64,000 nucleotides of DNA from contig NIVC01000889.1 in assembly GCA_002269645.1 (NCBI GenBank), positions 186,001 to 250,000 on the forward strand, read 5' to 3'. Origin of the DNA: Macrostomum lignano. Lineage: Eukaryota. The position numbers were made by a program, and so were the translations under genes. Shown here one piece after another: positions 1 to 14,305 of the stretch. The notes below the pieces were generated by a model, which saw nothing but the letters and a program-made list of their open reading frames with translations, had not been told where the DNA came from and ran no database searches. Each line of letters opens with the position of its first letter. Positions within the stretch are counted from its first letter, which is position 1.

Positions 1-164
1 CACCCAGTATGTCTGTCCTAGATCACCCAGTATGTCTGTCCTAGATCACCCAGTATGTCTGTCCTAGATCACCCAGTATGTCTGTCCTAGATCACCCAGT
101 ATGTCTGTCCTAGATCACCCAGTATGTCTGTCCTAGATCACCCAGTATGTCTGTCCTAGATCAC
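1..164. repeat. 23-bp tandem repeat (CACCCAGTATGTCTGTCCTAGAT), about 7 copies, cut by the window edge; probably intronic in the GPCR gene
   Basis: Exact unit repeated from base 1. Confidence 0.95.
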
Positions 165-306
165 ACAGTGGTAGATACAGAGTGCCCATCTTATCTCATC
201 TTGCAATAATTCAGACCTAAATTCCTGTCCTCAGGTTAGTTCTAAGGTTGCGCGGAGAAAAGGTTTCAAACTGCATCTAAAATCGATTCACCCACCGATC
301 CCGCAG

Positions 307-1903
<1,597 letters not shown>

Positions 1904-2618
1904 AAGAGCTGTCACAGATTTCTGGACTCTGTTGTTAGTTTCTGAATTGCGTTTGTATTACTCTACTGTCAGTAGCAATGCCGGAATTAAAGCAGAAAGA
2001 ATTTTACTTTTCTTTGCAAATAATTTTTTCACTATCATCAAAACGGTTTGCCAGATTCCGCTCATTTCGCTGACACCAGAGCACGCGCTCCCACAGGGTG
2101 TACACTCTATGCACCAGGGGGTTTGCACTAGTTGACAAGCCCGGGGCACCGAACTCGAACTCAGGACGCGTCAGACGCTGAGTTACTCCGCCCATCTGAA
2201 AACAAATTCCCGAGGCCCAAGTTTGTCAACTCATCGGCGTTGTCTGTCAGCGGCGGCGCCGTCTGGTGCTCCTCGATCTCAACCTGCAGCGCCTCGGGCA
2301 GGCGCCGGCCGCGCGTCTCCGTCATCAGGCAGAGCGCGGCGGCGGCCGCGGCGAGAGAGAACCCGGCGAACAGCAGGAACGGCAGCGGGCGCCACAGGCT
2401 GCCGAGGGCGGGCAGCAGCGTGCTGGTCAAGACGCCGATCCGAGACACCAGCGAGCCGCTCCCAACTCCGACGCTTCGCAGATCGGTAGGGAAGACCTCA
2501 GCGGCGTACAGGTAGGTGAGGTCGAAGGCCATGTTGATCCAGAACTTGCCAGCCACCGCTGTGCCGACTCGCCAGGCTGTGAGGCCGGGGAAGTCGCTGA
2601 GAACGGCGACCCCGAGCA

Positions 2619-4755
2619 AGTCTGCAAGTCTGGAAGCGGAGAGACGGGTGCGCTGGAACGAATTTCTCTTAGAGAATGGCAACCAGCCTGCCCCGTCCTC
2701 TAGAATCTGGTCCACTCTTAAAAAGCTGACCGGTCGTCCTAACGCGGATAAGAATGTCATTTTAAAGTTTAACGGAAAACAGGCCCTTTCTGGTGCCGAA
2801 ACTGCGGACCGTCTCAACTGTCAGTTCACGAGGCCGCGCCTTCACTGCTCCAACCCGCAGATGCGCGTCGTTCGTCGACGTCTTAAGGGCCTTGCTCGTG
2901 CCGCTGAAGACGCCCCTGTCTTCTCGACTGACGACATCGAAATGGCCATCAAGGGGTCCAAACCCTCCAAGGCCATCGGCCCTGATGGAATCTGCCCGCT
3001 CGTCATTAGGCACTTTGGTCCGAAGGCGAAGGCTGTGCTCCGTAACCTCTTCAATCGCTCAATCGCTTACAATGAGATCCCGGCGGTCTGGAAGAAGTCC
3101 TTAATCTGTCCCCTTCTGAAGGATGGTAAACCGCAGGACGATGGTGCGTCGTATCGCCCTATCTCCTTTCTCTCGCCGCTCGTCAAAATTCTGGAGAAGA
3201 TCCTGCTTCCGCTACTGACTGACCACCTCCAGCTCCCGGCCTGGCAACATGGCTTTCGTCCGCATCACTCCACCGTGACCGCCCTCTGCCAACTGGTTGA
3301 GCAGATCTGCTCAGGTTTTTGTTTGCCAAAACCGCCGGCCAGGACCGGCGTTAGCGCGATCGACCTTCGGATGGCATTCGACTGCGTTGACCACTACGAA
3401 TTACTCTCTGATCTCGCCGAGTCTGATCTTCCTAACACTGTTAAGGCCTGGCTTGCCAACTACATTCTTGGTCGTCAAGCTCGGACCGTCATGCGAGACT
3501 TTAAGTCGAAGTGGCGGCAGGTTCGCATGGGAGTTCCACAGGGCAGCGCCATCAGCCCGCTTCTTTTTGCCTTTTACTTGGCTAAAGCTCCTGTGCCATC
3601 CAATCCGGCCACTAAACTAATTGGTTACGCTGACGATCTTACCGTTGCCGCCTCATCCCCAAACTGTTATTCTATTGAACAACAACTGAACAGCTATCTC
3701 GCTGACCTTGCTCCGTTCCTTGAGTCGCGCAAGCTCCAAATTTCTACATCAAAGTGCTCCTCCACTCTGTTCAGTCCGGATCAGCGCGAGTACTCTCGCC
3801 AACTGAACGTGTCCATCAACGGCTCATTACTACCGCAAGCCCTCTATCCGAAAATTCTTGGTGTGACTTTCGACCCTAAGCTCTCCTTCGCTAGACACGT
3901 TACCACTCTTGCGGAAAAAACCCGGAAAAGGAACTGCCTGCTACGCTGTCTCGCCGGCTCCTCCTGGGGCTGCTGCAAGGAACTTTTGCTGACCACCTTC
4001 AAAGCGTTAGGCAGAAGCCTGCTCGACTATGCTGCTCCGGTCTGGGGCCCTATCATCTCCAACTCGTCCTGGACGCGGCTGCAATCGGTCCAGAATGCAG
4101 CGATTCGCGGGATCACCGGCTGCACTGCCCTTACCTCTGAAGCGGATCTTCATAGTGAAGTCCAGTTGCTTACCGTCCGCCAGCACAACCGACTTCTTTC
4201 GCTCCAGTTCAAGCTTCGCGCTAGACGCCCTGAACTCCCTTGTCACCACCTTTCTGGCCTTCCGCCGCCGCGCAGACTCATGAAAGCCTCCATCTTCACG
4301 GCTGAACACTTTAATGCTGATTGGACGCCGGTTCCGGCCCCGGACGTCCTTGACGCTGCTGCCTGGGATCGCGCCAGGCGGGCCCAGCATACGCAGGCAG
4401 TACAGGCCATGCTGGACAGCCTGCCACAGAACCGTGTTATTCAAACACAACGGCCAGCGATCCATCGCTCCGAAACCTGCCTCCCCCGCCGCATGCGGTG
4501 CATACTGGCGCAGCTCCGCTCCGGTTTCTGCCCGCTTCTCCAGGATTTTCAGTCGAGAATCAAACCAGGCGTCGCCGCGGTCTGTCCTGATTGCGGTCTG
4601 GAGCCCCAAACGGTGGTCCATCTTTTCGACTGCCCTGTCTATCCGACGCCGCTCTGCCCTAGTGACCTTTGGAACAACCCAATTGAGACGTCCACCTTCC
4701 TGGAGTCGACCTTCCTCGGCGGGCTGGGACCCGAGCCGTAGGTTAATACACACAC
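2619..4755 (+). mobile_element. 5'-truncated non-LTR retrotransposon (I/Jockey-group-like RT plus C-terminal Cys/His motif; endonuclease missing)
   Basis: Stop-free ORF to TAG at 4741 with RT motifs YRPISFLS, QHGFRP, IDLRMAFD, GVPQGSAISPLLF, YADD, KILGVTFD and 'CPDCGLEPQTVVHLFDCP'. Short (CA)n tail. 10-bp TSD ACCCCGAGCA at 2609-2618 and 4756-4765. Confidence 0.93.
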
Positions 4756-5540
4756 ACCCCGAGCAGGCAGAGACCGGCCAGGCCGAACGACCCAACAACG
4801 CTTGGGCGACGTCCAAGTCGCAGGCTGACGAAAGCGCAGAACAGGCGCGACGGCGGCTCCACGGCGGCCGAGGCGAGCTGGTTGACGAACACGTTGCCGC
4901 CAAGACGACCGACGCCCAGCGTGACGCCGTAGTAAGCGATGGCGACGGAGAAGAAGAGAAACCAGGAGACCAGGGCGCGTCGCCGCAGGCTCGGCTCTCC
5001 GAGCAGGTTGAAAAAATTTGCCCGCGGCTTCAATCTGGCGTCGCTTTGCTGCTCGGAGAACAGCGCCTCGGTTGAGAAACTCGTCGGCAGCCTTCGCCCA
5101 TTCCGACCGTTGTTGAGCCGGTCGATGCGGCGCAGCACCTGGTCAGCTTCGGCGAACCGACCGACGGAGACGAGCCAGCGTGGCGACTCGCTGAGCAGGA
5201 AGAGGCTGAGCGATAGGACCAGACAGCAGAGACCTGAGCAGAGCAGCTGGTCCTGGTAGTTCCTGAGCAGGTACGCGATGAGGACAACCAGAACGGCCCC
5301 CACCGTGCAGCCGTGGTTCAGATTGAGCCCCCAAACTGTGCGATGCTTTGCATCGGTGAACTCCACCGTGTAGGCCATGGCGCAAGCCGAGATGCCGCTG
5401 TCTCCGTGACCCGCTAGAGCCTGCATGATGCAGTAGAGCCACAGCCAAGGCGCTTGGGAGGCTGCGATGGTGCAGATGGCGATGTTGAGCTGCGAGATCT
5501 GCAATGCGAAATTTGTTACAGTTTTGAGGTGCATAGAAGG

Positions 5541-6071
5541 GCAGAGGTGCAGAGGTGCAGAGGTACACAGGTGCAAAGCTGCAGAGGTGCAGAGGTGCAG
5601 AGGTGCAGAGGTGCAGAGGTGCAGAGGTGCAGAGGTGCAGAGGTGCAGAGGTGCAGAGGTGCAGAGGTGCAGAGGTGCAGAGGTGCAGAGGTGCAGAGGT
5701 GCAGAGGTGCAGAGGTGCAGAGGTGCAGAGGTGCAGAGGTGCAGAGGTGCAGAGGTGCAGAGGTACAGAGGTGCAGAGGTGCAGAGGTGCAGAGGTGCAG
5801 AGGTGCAGAGGTGCAGAGGTGCAGAGGTGCAGAGGTGCAGAGGTGCAGAGGTGCAGAGGTACACAGGTGCAGAGGTGCAGAGGTGCAGAGGTGCAGAGGT
5901 GCAGAGGTGCAGAGGTGCAGAGGTGCAGAGGTGCAGAGGTGCAGAGGTGCAGAGGTGCAGAGGTACACAGGTGCAGAGGTGCAGAGGTGCAGAGGTGCAG
6001 AGGTGCAGAGGTGCAGAGGTACACAGGTGCAGAGGTACACAGGTGCAGAGGTGCAGAGGTGCAGAGGTGCA
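5541..6071. repeat. (GCAGAGGT)n 8-bp minisatellite in the SLC22 intron
   Basis: Direct sequence; lies within intron 6114-5499. Confidence 0.97.
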
Positions 6072-6777
6072 CGGGTGCACATATGAAAGTAATTTCGAAC
6101 TGCCGTTGTCGCACCTGCATGACCCGCAGCCGACCAATTCGATCAGCGAAGCTCCCGTAGACGAGGCACCCAACGATGAAGCCAAGGTAGTAGCAGCTGG
6201 TGGGCAGAGTCGCCAGGAAGGCCCTGTCGCACACCAGCTCAAATCTGGACACCGCCGTCTCCGTGAACAACGCCTCCTCTACTTGTTGGCTCAAATTCTG
6301 ATTCGTACAGTTGACCGGGAGCTGGACAGTGGTGAAGACCGGCGACAATGCAATGGCAACCACGAACACAAACTGACAGATGATCACTAGCAGGGTGAAG
6401 ACATTGTAGCGACCTGTGCCACCGATTCTGCTGAAGACGGCATCCAAGTCTGCCAGCAGTGCAGCATCGGCCAGCTTCTCCTGTTTGTCTTCGGTTTCCA
6501 TCGTGTGCACCATCGATGCGAGACTCGGACAAGTTTCAGGAGTAGAACTCAAGTAACTCCGAAATGACACAACATAGATGTCCGCTGAGTCTGAAGAGCA
6601 CACTCAGTATTGTGCTCACACAGAGGTCACTATGCTGTGCTTTTGCGTTGCCCGAATTGAACCTGTTAGTGCAGAGAGTTCAACAGTTTCTTATCTTTAG
6701 CTAGAAACAGCGGATTTCTCACCTGGCAGACGCGTTGAGGCTTGACTGTCAATAAAGCAGTTGAGGTGAGCTCAAGT

Positions 6778-7175
6778 ACTCAAGTAGAAGGACGAGAGGC
6801 ATGCAGGTTTTACAGGAAAAAGACATAGCGGAGATAAAACTTTTCATTTAGAAAATTAGGGTTCTATGATAATTTTATATTCTACATACATGTGCCATTG
6901 CCTAAAAATTATAAAAAGGGGCTCCACTTGACTCAATTGGTTTTATGAATCTATTTTATCATTTCGTTACACTTTTTATTACACAGTCATTAAGATAAGA
7001 ATGATAAAATCGATTCATGAAACCAACTGAGTATAGCTGTGTCCTTTTTATGACATGTACAATTTTTATGAAGCTTCTATCAAAAGCAATAATAATTTTT
7101 GCGCTGAAAAGATGAAAACTTCCAATCCCCGTATATTTTTTCCGGTCAAACCCGCCTCCTACGGGTACTTTCGGA
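6778..7175. mobile_element. Diverged relative of the fold-back MITE at 9691-10380
   Basis: Similar start (ACTCAAGTAGAAGGACG). Its internal inverted repeat (TTTTATGAATCTATTTTATCATT...AATGATAAAATCGATTCATGAAAC) resembles the reverse complement of the 9949-10122 spacer. Confidence 0.55.
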
Positions 7176-7250
7176 CGTTTTGCTACAGTTTAGTGGATAC
7201 AGGTACTAGTAGATCGTAAAATAAGGTAAATTAAACCAAAATGATGCAAT

Positions 7251-7530
7251 GGGGTTGTGGCCTAGTGCTTAGAGCGTCGGACTCGCGACTTGAAGATCGG
7301 GGGTTCGATTCTCGGTCACACTGGATCAATTTGTGTCCTTGAGCAAGACACTTAACTCTGCATTGCTTCAAAATGGGTGCCAGCATTAGCTGGGGTAATT
7401 GAGGGTGTGTGGCGACCCCCCAGTCCTTGGACTGAACAGCCGTACGCAGCCTTCAGATGCGCCGCGCAATAGCTGCGGCTGAGCTGTCGGTTGCACATCT
7501 GGCCCAACTGGCAATTGTGATCAATTAAAA
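7251..7530 (+). mobile_element. tRNA-derived SINE with CORE/Meta-like central domain, copy 1
   Basis: A box (TGGCCTAGTGCTTAG), B box (GGTTCGATTCT) and GTGTCCTTGAGCAAGACACTTAAC core. Two more copies at about 51.1 kb and 63.2 kb. Confidence 0.85.
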
Positions 7531-8242
7531 CAGACACTCGCCCATACTATCACCCAAGTTGGATGTTCTTGTTGGGCTTCAGCTTTTTAATGTACAGCGC
7601 CTGTAGACATGCCGCGCAAACATTAAAACTGCAATTTGATTAAAGAAAAAGAAAAGAAAGAAGAAAAGACGCTAATGTTCATTTTTTCATCCATTTTCCT
7701 AGCACTGCTAAAACGGTGTACTCCTACCGTCCTTGACTCTAACTAGGAATCTGTTCTTTTCAGTTTGCTCATTAAATTGGTTAGCCTTTGTCTACATGCA
7801 GCACTGCTCCAGGTGTGTGTGTTTTCTGGGAGCGTGTAAGTCTAATCAGCAAGGAAGCCCTTGGCAACCCGGTCTCCTACTAACAAATTCAATCTCAGAA
7901 CACTTTTTGGGCCCACTCGTGACTCGCAGATTCTTAAAAAATAACGCAAAGTTTGTGAGTCGTCTCAGTTCTCACAACCGACTACACACAGTTCGTACGG
8001 CTTGTATGCGCGATGGAAATCACAAAGCCAAGCGCAAGGCTCTACTGATTTTAATTGCAGCAAGCAGAGTTTTTAAGACTGCTGTATTTTAGAGGATTGC
8101 ACTTTTCTGAGGCACTTCAGCTGAATTCAAATAGTACTCGTATGAGAAAATGTTATAAATTCGAAAGAAACTAGATATTATATTAGAAAGAGTACACTGG
8201 AAGATAAAAAATTGAATTTTAACCAATATTGTAATATCAACC

Positions 8243-8480
8243 CCCGCCCAGCCCTCGCTCACGTCACTCTGAACTCCGCCCAGTCCTCGCTCACGTCACG
8301 CTGAACTCCGCCCAGTCCTCGCTCACGTCACTCTGAACTCCGCCCAGTCCTCGCTCACGTCACTCTGAACTCCGCCCAGTCCTCGCTCACGTCACTCTGA
8401 ACTCCGCCCAGCCCTCGCTCACGTCACGCTGAACTCCGCCCAGTCCTCGCTCACGTCACGCTGAACTTCGCCCAATCCTC
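8243..8480. repeat. 32-bp tandem repeat (about 7 copies) corresponding to the last codons and stop of the lectin CDS
   Basis: Unit GAACTCCGCCCAGTCCTCGCTCACGTCACTCT, period 32; minus strand reads EDWAEFSVT*. Confidence 0.93.
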
Positions 8481-9188
8481 GCCGTTCTCGATCTCCGACT
8501 CGACCTGAGCGTCGGTGAACAGCAGCAGGCGGCACAGCTTCGACCTCCTGTTGTACAGCGCGCGTCTGCAGTTTTTGTCTCGGCCAGCCGCCGCTACGCA
8601 GCTCACAGAGCTCGGCATCCCGGTCAGGTCTTTGTAGCAGTACTCGGTGCTCGGCTTGTAGCTGGTCCGCTTGAACTCCACTCGCCTCCAGGCGGCCGGC
8701 TGCAGCTTTGCGGCAGGTCGAGTCGCCGGCCGGAACTCGCACAGGTAGCCGCGAGGCCTCTTGCACAGCGAATTGGCGAGGCTGTCAGGATCAGCTCTGC
8801 TCAACATTCTCAAGCAGTCTTGCACTTCTGTGCTCGGCTGGCCCACAAGCCAGAGCGAGTCGTCCTCTGGCAGGTCGCCGTTGTCGTTGACTCGCTGCCA
8901 GCCCGACCTGCTGCGGTGTCGCTCATCGGCCAGGTCGGACACGCCGAGCCACAGCTCCGCACCCGAGGCCAGCCTCTTGATGGAGCTGAGGCTGTTCGCC
9001 AGCTCGCCTCCGAGCGCCGCGCACTGCAGGTTGGCCTCGCACCAGGAGAAGCTTTGGTTGGCGTTCCTGAGCAGGCACGAGTCGGACGAGTTGGAGAACG
9101 GACTCGGGCACAGCGGCTGAGCCTGGGCTGAGCCGAGAAGAGCCAACAAAAGCAGGATTGTCATCCCAAATGTTTTCAGTGTTTGCAT
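8451..9188 (-). CDS. Secreted C-type lectin-domain protein with a possible PAN/apple-like C-terminal module (intronless)
   Basis: Signal peptide 'MTILLLLALLGSAQAQ'. CTLD motifs 'FSWCEANLQCAALGGELA', 'LWLGVSD', 'W..GQP...QDC', 'YLCE'. C-terminal Cys pattern 'SCVAAA...NCRRALY...CRL'. Confidence 0.8.
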   Translation of the reverse strand: MQTLKTFGMTILLLLALLGSAQAQPLCPSPFSNSSDSCLLRNANQSFSWCEANLQCAALGGELANSLSSIKRLASGAELWLGVSDLADERHRSRSGWQRVNDNGDLPEDDSLWLVGQPSTEVQDCLRMLSRADPDSLANSLCKRPRGYLCEFRPATRPAAKLQPAAWRRVEFKRTSYKPSTEYCYKDLTGMPSSVSCVAAAGRDKNCRRALYNRRSKLCRLLLFTDAQVESEIENGEDWAKFSVT

Positions 9189-9690
9189 GGTTTTTTCTGA
9201 CAAGATTTGCTCAGAAGACTGAAATGGGTAAAGAAATTTATTTCAGAGCCAAATTTTTCCAGATTTAGCTATTGGATGTCGCCATCAGGGGGCTGGTTGC
9301 TAGGGCCAACGACCAGGATTTTATGATATAATCAGGAGTTTCATCTAGATTTCAGGGTGAAAACTGATGATTGCATGAGTTTGATCGGCAGCCATCGGTA
9401 GGTGGTGGTTGGGAATGCCCAAAGTTATGATTTGAAGCGCCGGTGAAGGGGATAAACGTCTTTCTGAAATGACAATTACAGGCTTCGCAGGGCAGGAGTT
9501 CAACTTCTCTCTCTGTAAGGCAAGTCAGAAGTGTTTTCCTAGGGGTGGAGCAGCTCACCGGTAAACGCGCCAGACTCTTGCGCCACAAGAATTTTGGCTT
9601 GTGCACAAAAACTGGCCAGGGGGTTGTGGTGCCATCAAACCCATGAGGGCCAGCCCCTGTGGCACAGAGAGTGTACATGCCTGTTCCAAA

Positions 9691-10380
9691 GACGACTCAA
9701 CTAGAAGGACGGGAAACCTCGTTTCTTAGAAAATTTTAGAGAGCAGGTTTTCCCAAAAAAATACACTACGGAGATAGGAGGTTTTCATTTTTTCAGCACA
9801 AAAATTGCTACTGCTTTTGATAGGAGGCAGATCCAGTGTTCATCTTTTTGATATGTTGTGCCTTTCTTATTGCTCTATCGATATTCATACAGCTTTTCGT
9901 TCAGAAAATTATAATTCTATGTTAATTTTTTATTCTACGTACATTTCCGCATGTCTTGTGCCTATAAACCATTAGAGTAGCACGGCTCAGCTCTTTGTTT
10001 TATTAGTCTATTTTATCATTCTTAGCTGACTGTGTAACAAATATGCGTAGCACAAATGATAAAATGGATTCATAAAATCAAATATTTAGAGCTGTGCAAT
10101 GCATTTTTTGTTTTTAGGTACAGGAAATGTACGTAGAACAAAAAATTAACATAGAATCCTAATTTTCTGAACGAAAAGCTGTATGAATATCGATAGAGCA
10201 ATAAGAAAGGCACAGCATATCAAAAGATGAACACTGGATCTGCCTCCTATCAAAAGCAGTAGCAATTTTTGTGCTGAAAAAGTGAAAACTACCTATCTCC
10301 GTAGTGTATTTCTTTCGGGAAAACTTGCTTTCTAAATTTTTCTAAGAAACGAGGTTTCCCGTCCTTCTACTTAAGTCGTC
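9691..10380. mobile_element. Fold-back/MITE-like element with about 258-bp inverted arms (9691-9948 and 10123-10380)
   Basis: The arms are near-exact reverse complements. A partial arm copy lies at about 30871-31038. Confidence 0.85.
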
Positions 10381-11593
10381 CTTCGCCTGACGATTAGAAA
10401 GTCAGGACCACTGTACACCCTGTGTGAGCGCGTGTATGAGCGCGTGCCTGTGTACAGTATTGGAGCGCTTGCATGATCAAGGAGTCAGCGGAATGGTAGA
10501 ATTGCTGTCAGCACTGGTTGTGGGACCGAAGACGTGTTGCGCCAGGATGCATGCAGCGAATATTTATATATTTATTCGAGACTTCTTTCGTTCTTTTCTG
10601 AGTTTTATGCTGTAAAAATGCAGAGATATTCTGCTTTGAGTTCACTTAGAGTCGGCTTGGTTGGCTTTCGGCACCATAGGCTGACTTTGCATGTATGTCA
10701 TGCGATTGACATGAACAGCTCTCGGTGGCCTAGCTGAATAACAGAGTTCAAAAGGACACCCTACAATTCTATAAACATTTGTTTTGAATTAAGCAGTCTA
10801 TCATATACTCGCACGCCTCATAATACGAATGTAACACGCGCTCCTATGTATGTAATGAATGACTGGCATGCTGCAAGATTTACGCATTGTTGACCCTCTG
10901 ACCGATTCACCCTCAAACATCGTCAGCTGATAACTGTGTGGAAGTCTGGGAAGTTGGCAGAAAATTATGATTGCTGCCGTGTTTTCCTGTCCAATCACAT
11001 ACACATATATGATATATTATGTTTAATCACATAACAAATTACGTATCCAATAATAAGTTAGACGCCTCCATTACGTATTTTTAGGTCGTATAGGACGTTT
11101 GTTTCTACAAAAAATGAGTGAAATGCTTCTAATAATTATATTTGTATTATATAAGAGGATTATCAGGGAGCAACAAATCGATGGCAAGAGCGAATTTTAC
11201 GAGCCTGTATACTGTGTTCTATTCGTTAAAGGAATCTATTTTTTACGGATATCGATTTTTTTAAATTGTACAATCTTAACAAAGACTTCTTATGTATTTG
11301 CTCAGATTAAATTCTCATGTCAATGGTTGAAAATTTTTATTAACGATGTTTTTACCTATATTTGTTTTTTAACTATGCGCAAATAACGTGTCCTTTAATT
11401 TTTGATATACAATAGATATAAAATTTTTAACTTCTGTTCCATAACTTTTTTAGAATATTATATTAGATATTTGCGGCCTCGTCGGCTAGACGAATCTGGC
11501 TTGGAGAGGGAGCTACCTTTAACTGTATAGAGAGAAAAACATTACAAAAAATAAAATTTTACAGCTAAAAAATCTGTAGTGAACATTTTAGGA

Positions 11594-13266
11594 ATGTCCT
11601 CCAGAAGCAAAAGTGAGCAGCAAAGAAAAAAAGAGCGCGCTAAAGCAGTAAGTTTCTTTTTGAAATTGACTGTGATACAGATATGAGATTAAATTTCGAC
11701 TGACTCGAAGTGAATTTATCTAATTTTTTTCCAAGAAAACTCGATAGGAACTGCAACATATGTTTTTAAAATTGATACCAAAAAGAGCAACATTAAACAT
11801 TAGGTTAAATTTAAATTTGATGGAAAACTTAGGTCTTTTAGTTATTTTTTGTTGCCTCATGTCATGCCAGTTTTTTAAGAAACGTATTTAGTTAGGTTCA
11901 AGAATTACTTATGAAATTAATTTTAATAAGGAGTACATTTTACTTGCTATTGACATAAGATAACTTTATGCATAGTTCACTCAAAACAAGGTTATATAAG
12001 CCTTTAAGTGAAGTCTAAACTTTTGAAGTATATTTTTATCATTTTTATAAAATTATATATTTCCAATATATCATATTACCAATAATAGCAATATGTCAGT
12101 ACAAATAGATCAGTACCTATATACCTATCTAATGAATATTTAAATAATGTCCACTATTTGACCACAACAAACAAATTATTTTGTACCTATTCTCTGTGCG
12201 CATTGACAGTACAACGAGCCTAGCAAGGAGGTAATGGAAGCCATTGTGGAGAGCCAGAGGCGGGTCAATGCCAGGCAGAAAAAGCAACGAGAGCAGCAGG
12301 AGAAGCAGAATGCTGTCGACATTGATGAGCAGCAATACGAGATTCTTGTTGGCCAGCTCAAGTAAGCTTAGTCCTCATCTTTTATCCCGTCTCATCCTAC
12401 GCCAACCTTAAGTTCATACCACCTGAATCATAAAAATCTCATCTGACTTCAATCTCATCTCAACCCAATCCCATCTCACTCCAATTATATCTCACCCCGA
12501 TCTCATCTCACCCCTATCCAATCTCACCCCTATCCAATCTCACTCCTATCCAATCTCACCCCAATCCATTCTCATCTTAGTGTTACCTCACCTCAGTTCC
12601 ATCTTAATCCAAACCCCAGATACATTTCACTCTAATCTCATCTCAACCACAATCTCATCTCAATCCTAATCTCATCTAAACCCTAATCACATCTCAACTC
12701 TAATCTCATCTCAACTCTAATCTCACCTTAACTCTAATATCACCTCAACTTTAATCTCAACTCTTATCTCATCTTAACTCTAATCTCATTTCAACCCTGA
12801 TCTTATCTCAATTTAACCCTAATCTTATCTCAATCCTAATCTCATCTTACCTTCATCAAATGTCACCCTTTCGATCTCTCTCCAATCCAACTAAATCTCA
12901 CCCCGCAGATCGGCAGAGGCCCGCAACCGGCTGCGCATCCTGCGGGCCCGGCACTCGCAGGCGGCGGAGCGCGATGTCGGGCACCTCATCGCCTGCCAGC
13001 CGACGGCACTGCGTGCGGTCCGACTGGAGGCGATGCTGCCCCCCAAGGCGGCGGAGTCTGCGGCCGGGAGGTCGGCTGGTGCCGAGGCCGACCCGGAATC
13101 GGTCGGGATGAGCAAAGCAGATGTAATTAATAAGATTAGAAATTCTGTTCTGTTTACTCTACTTATAGTAAAAACAAACGAACATGCGCTTTCTATGATT
13201 ACTAACGTTTCAAAAAATCGATAACAATTTCAGAGAAATCGACTCAACCAGCTGATGTCCGGATGA
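11594..13266 (+). CDS. LKAAEAR1: LKAAEAR motif-containing protein 1-like
   Basis: Exons 11594-11647, 12210-12361, 12909-13122 and 13234-13266, all GT-AG and phase-compatible. Spliced protein contains 'GQLKSAEARNRLRILRARH...HLIACQPTALRAVRLEAMLPP'. Confidence 0.75.
12380..12900. repeat. Degenerate ATCTC/CTAAT-rich repeat in LKAAEAR1 intron 2
   Basis: Recurring ATCTCA(C/A)C and CTAATCTC words. Confidence 0.8.
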
Positions 13267-13636
13267 TCCGTGCGACTTATGAGCAACACCCGCAATCCAA
13301 AGTGCAATAAATTAACCGTTTTTATAGTTTCATTTTTATTTTAATTTCTGTGCAATAATACTTTGAATCTGTCGTAATCTCTTTTGCAATGCAATCGATC
13401 CAAATACACTCTAATATTCTGTCCGCGTCTGGCTATATTGCATTATTGATTCTATTTTGCTATATGACAAGCTAGCCATAGTGAAATGTTTACTTAATGC
13501 CGCCATAGCAACACGAATGGCTTATCGAAACTCGGGCTAACTTTGAGACTGGCCAACATCGGGTGCACTTAGCGTGGCTAGACAGGCCAGGCAAACAGAG
13601 ATGGCGGATGGGACTGGTTTACTGCGAGCTGAGCAG

Positions 13637-14121
<485 letters not shown>

Positions 14122-14305
14122 ATGCATTTCTGTCCCGGAGCGCCAGTTCCCACATCAAATCAATACCCACACTTCAACAAGTTACCAAGTTCGCAGCTCA
14201 GCATTTGCTTCTCAGAGAATCATGAGTCGCAGTGCAGAGAACTCAAGGAATTCGATCCACTTGTATCAGAGACTTGGGCTTGGAGTCTCATATTTCGGCC
14301 ATTTC

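Larger units (their letters stand above)
2161..6513 (-). pseudogene. SLC22/organic cation transporter-like MFS gene, interrupted in its last coding exon by a LINE (disrupted allele unless the LINE is spliced out)
   Basis: Exon 6513-6115, intron 6114-5499, then exon 5498-4756 continuing at 2608-2161 once the element and one TSD copy are removed. Motifs: 'FELVCDRA', 'GSFADRIGR', 'YTVEF', 'LSESPRWL', 'LGRR', 'GKFW...YLYAAEVFPTDLRSVGVG'. Confidence 0.85.

Noticed and set aside
2516-2618. N-terminal part of the 741-aa RT ORF
   Set aside because: It lies outside the TSD-defined element and is the antisense of SLC22 coding sequence.
7251-7325. tRNA gene
   Set aside because: A and B boxes are present but there is no complete cloverleaf, and it continues into a repeated SINE body.
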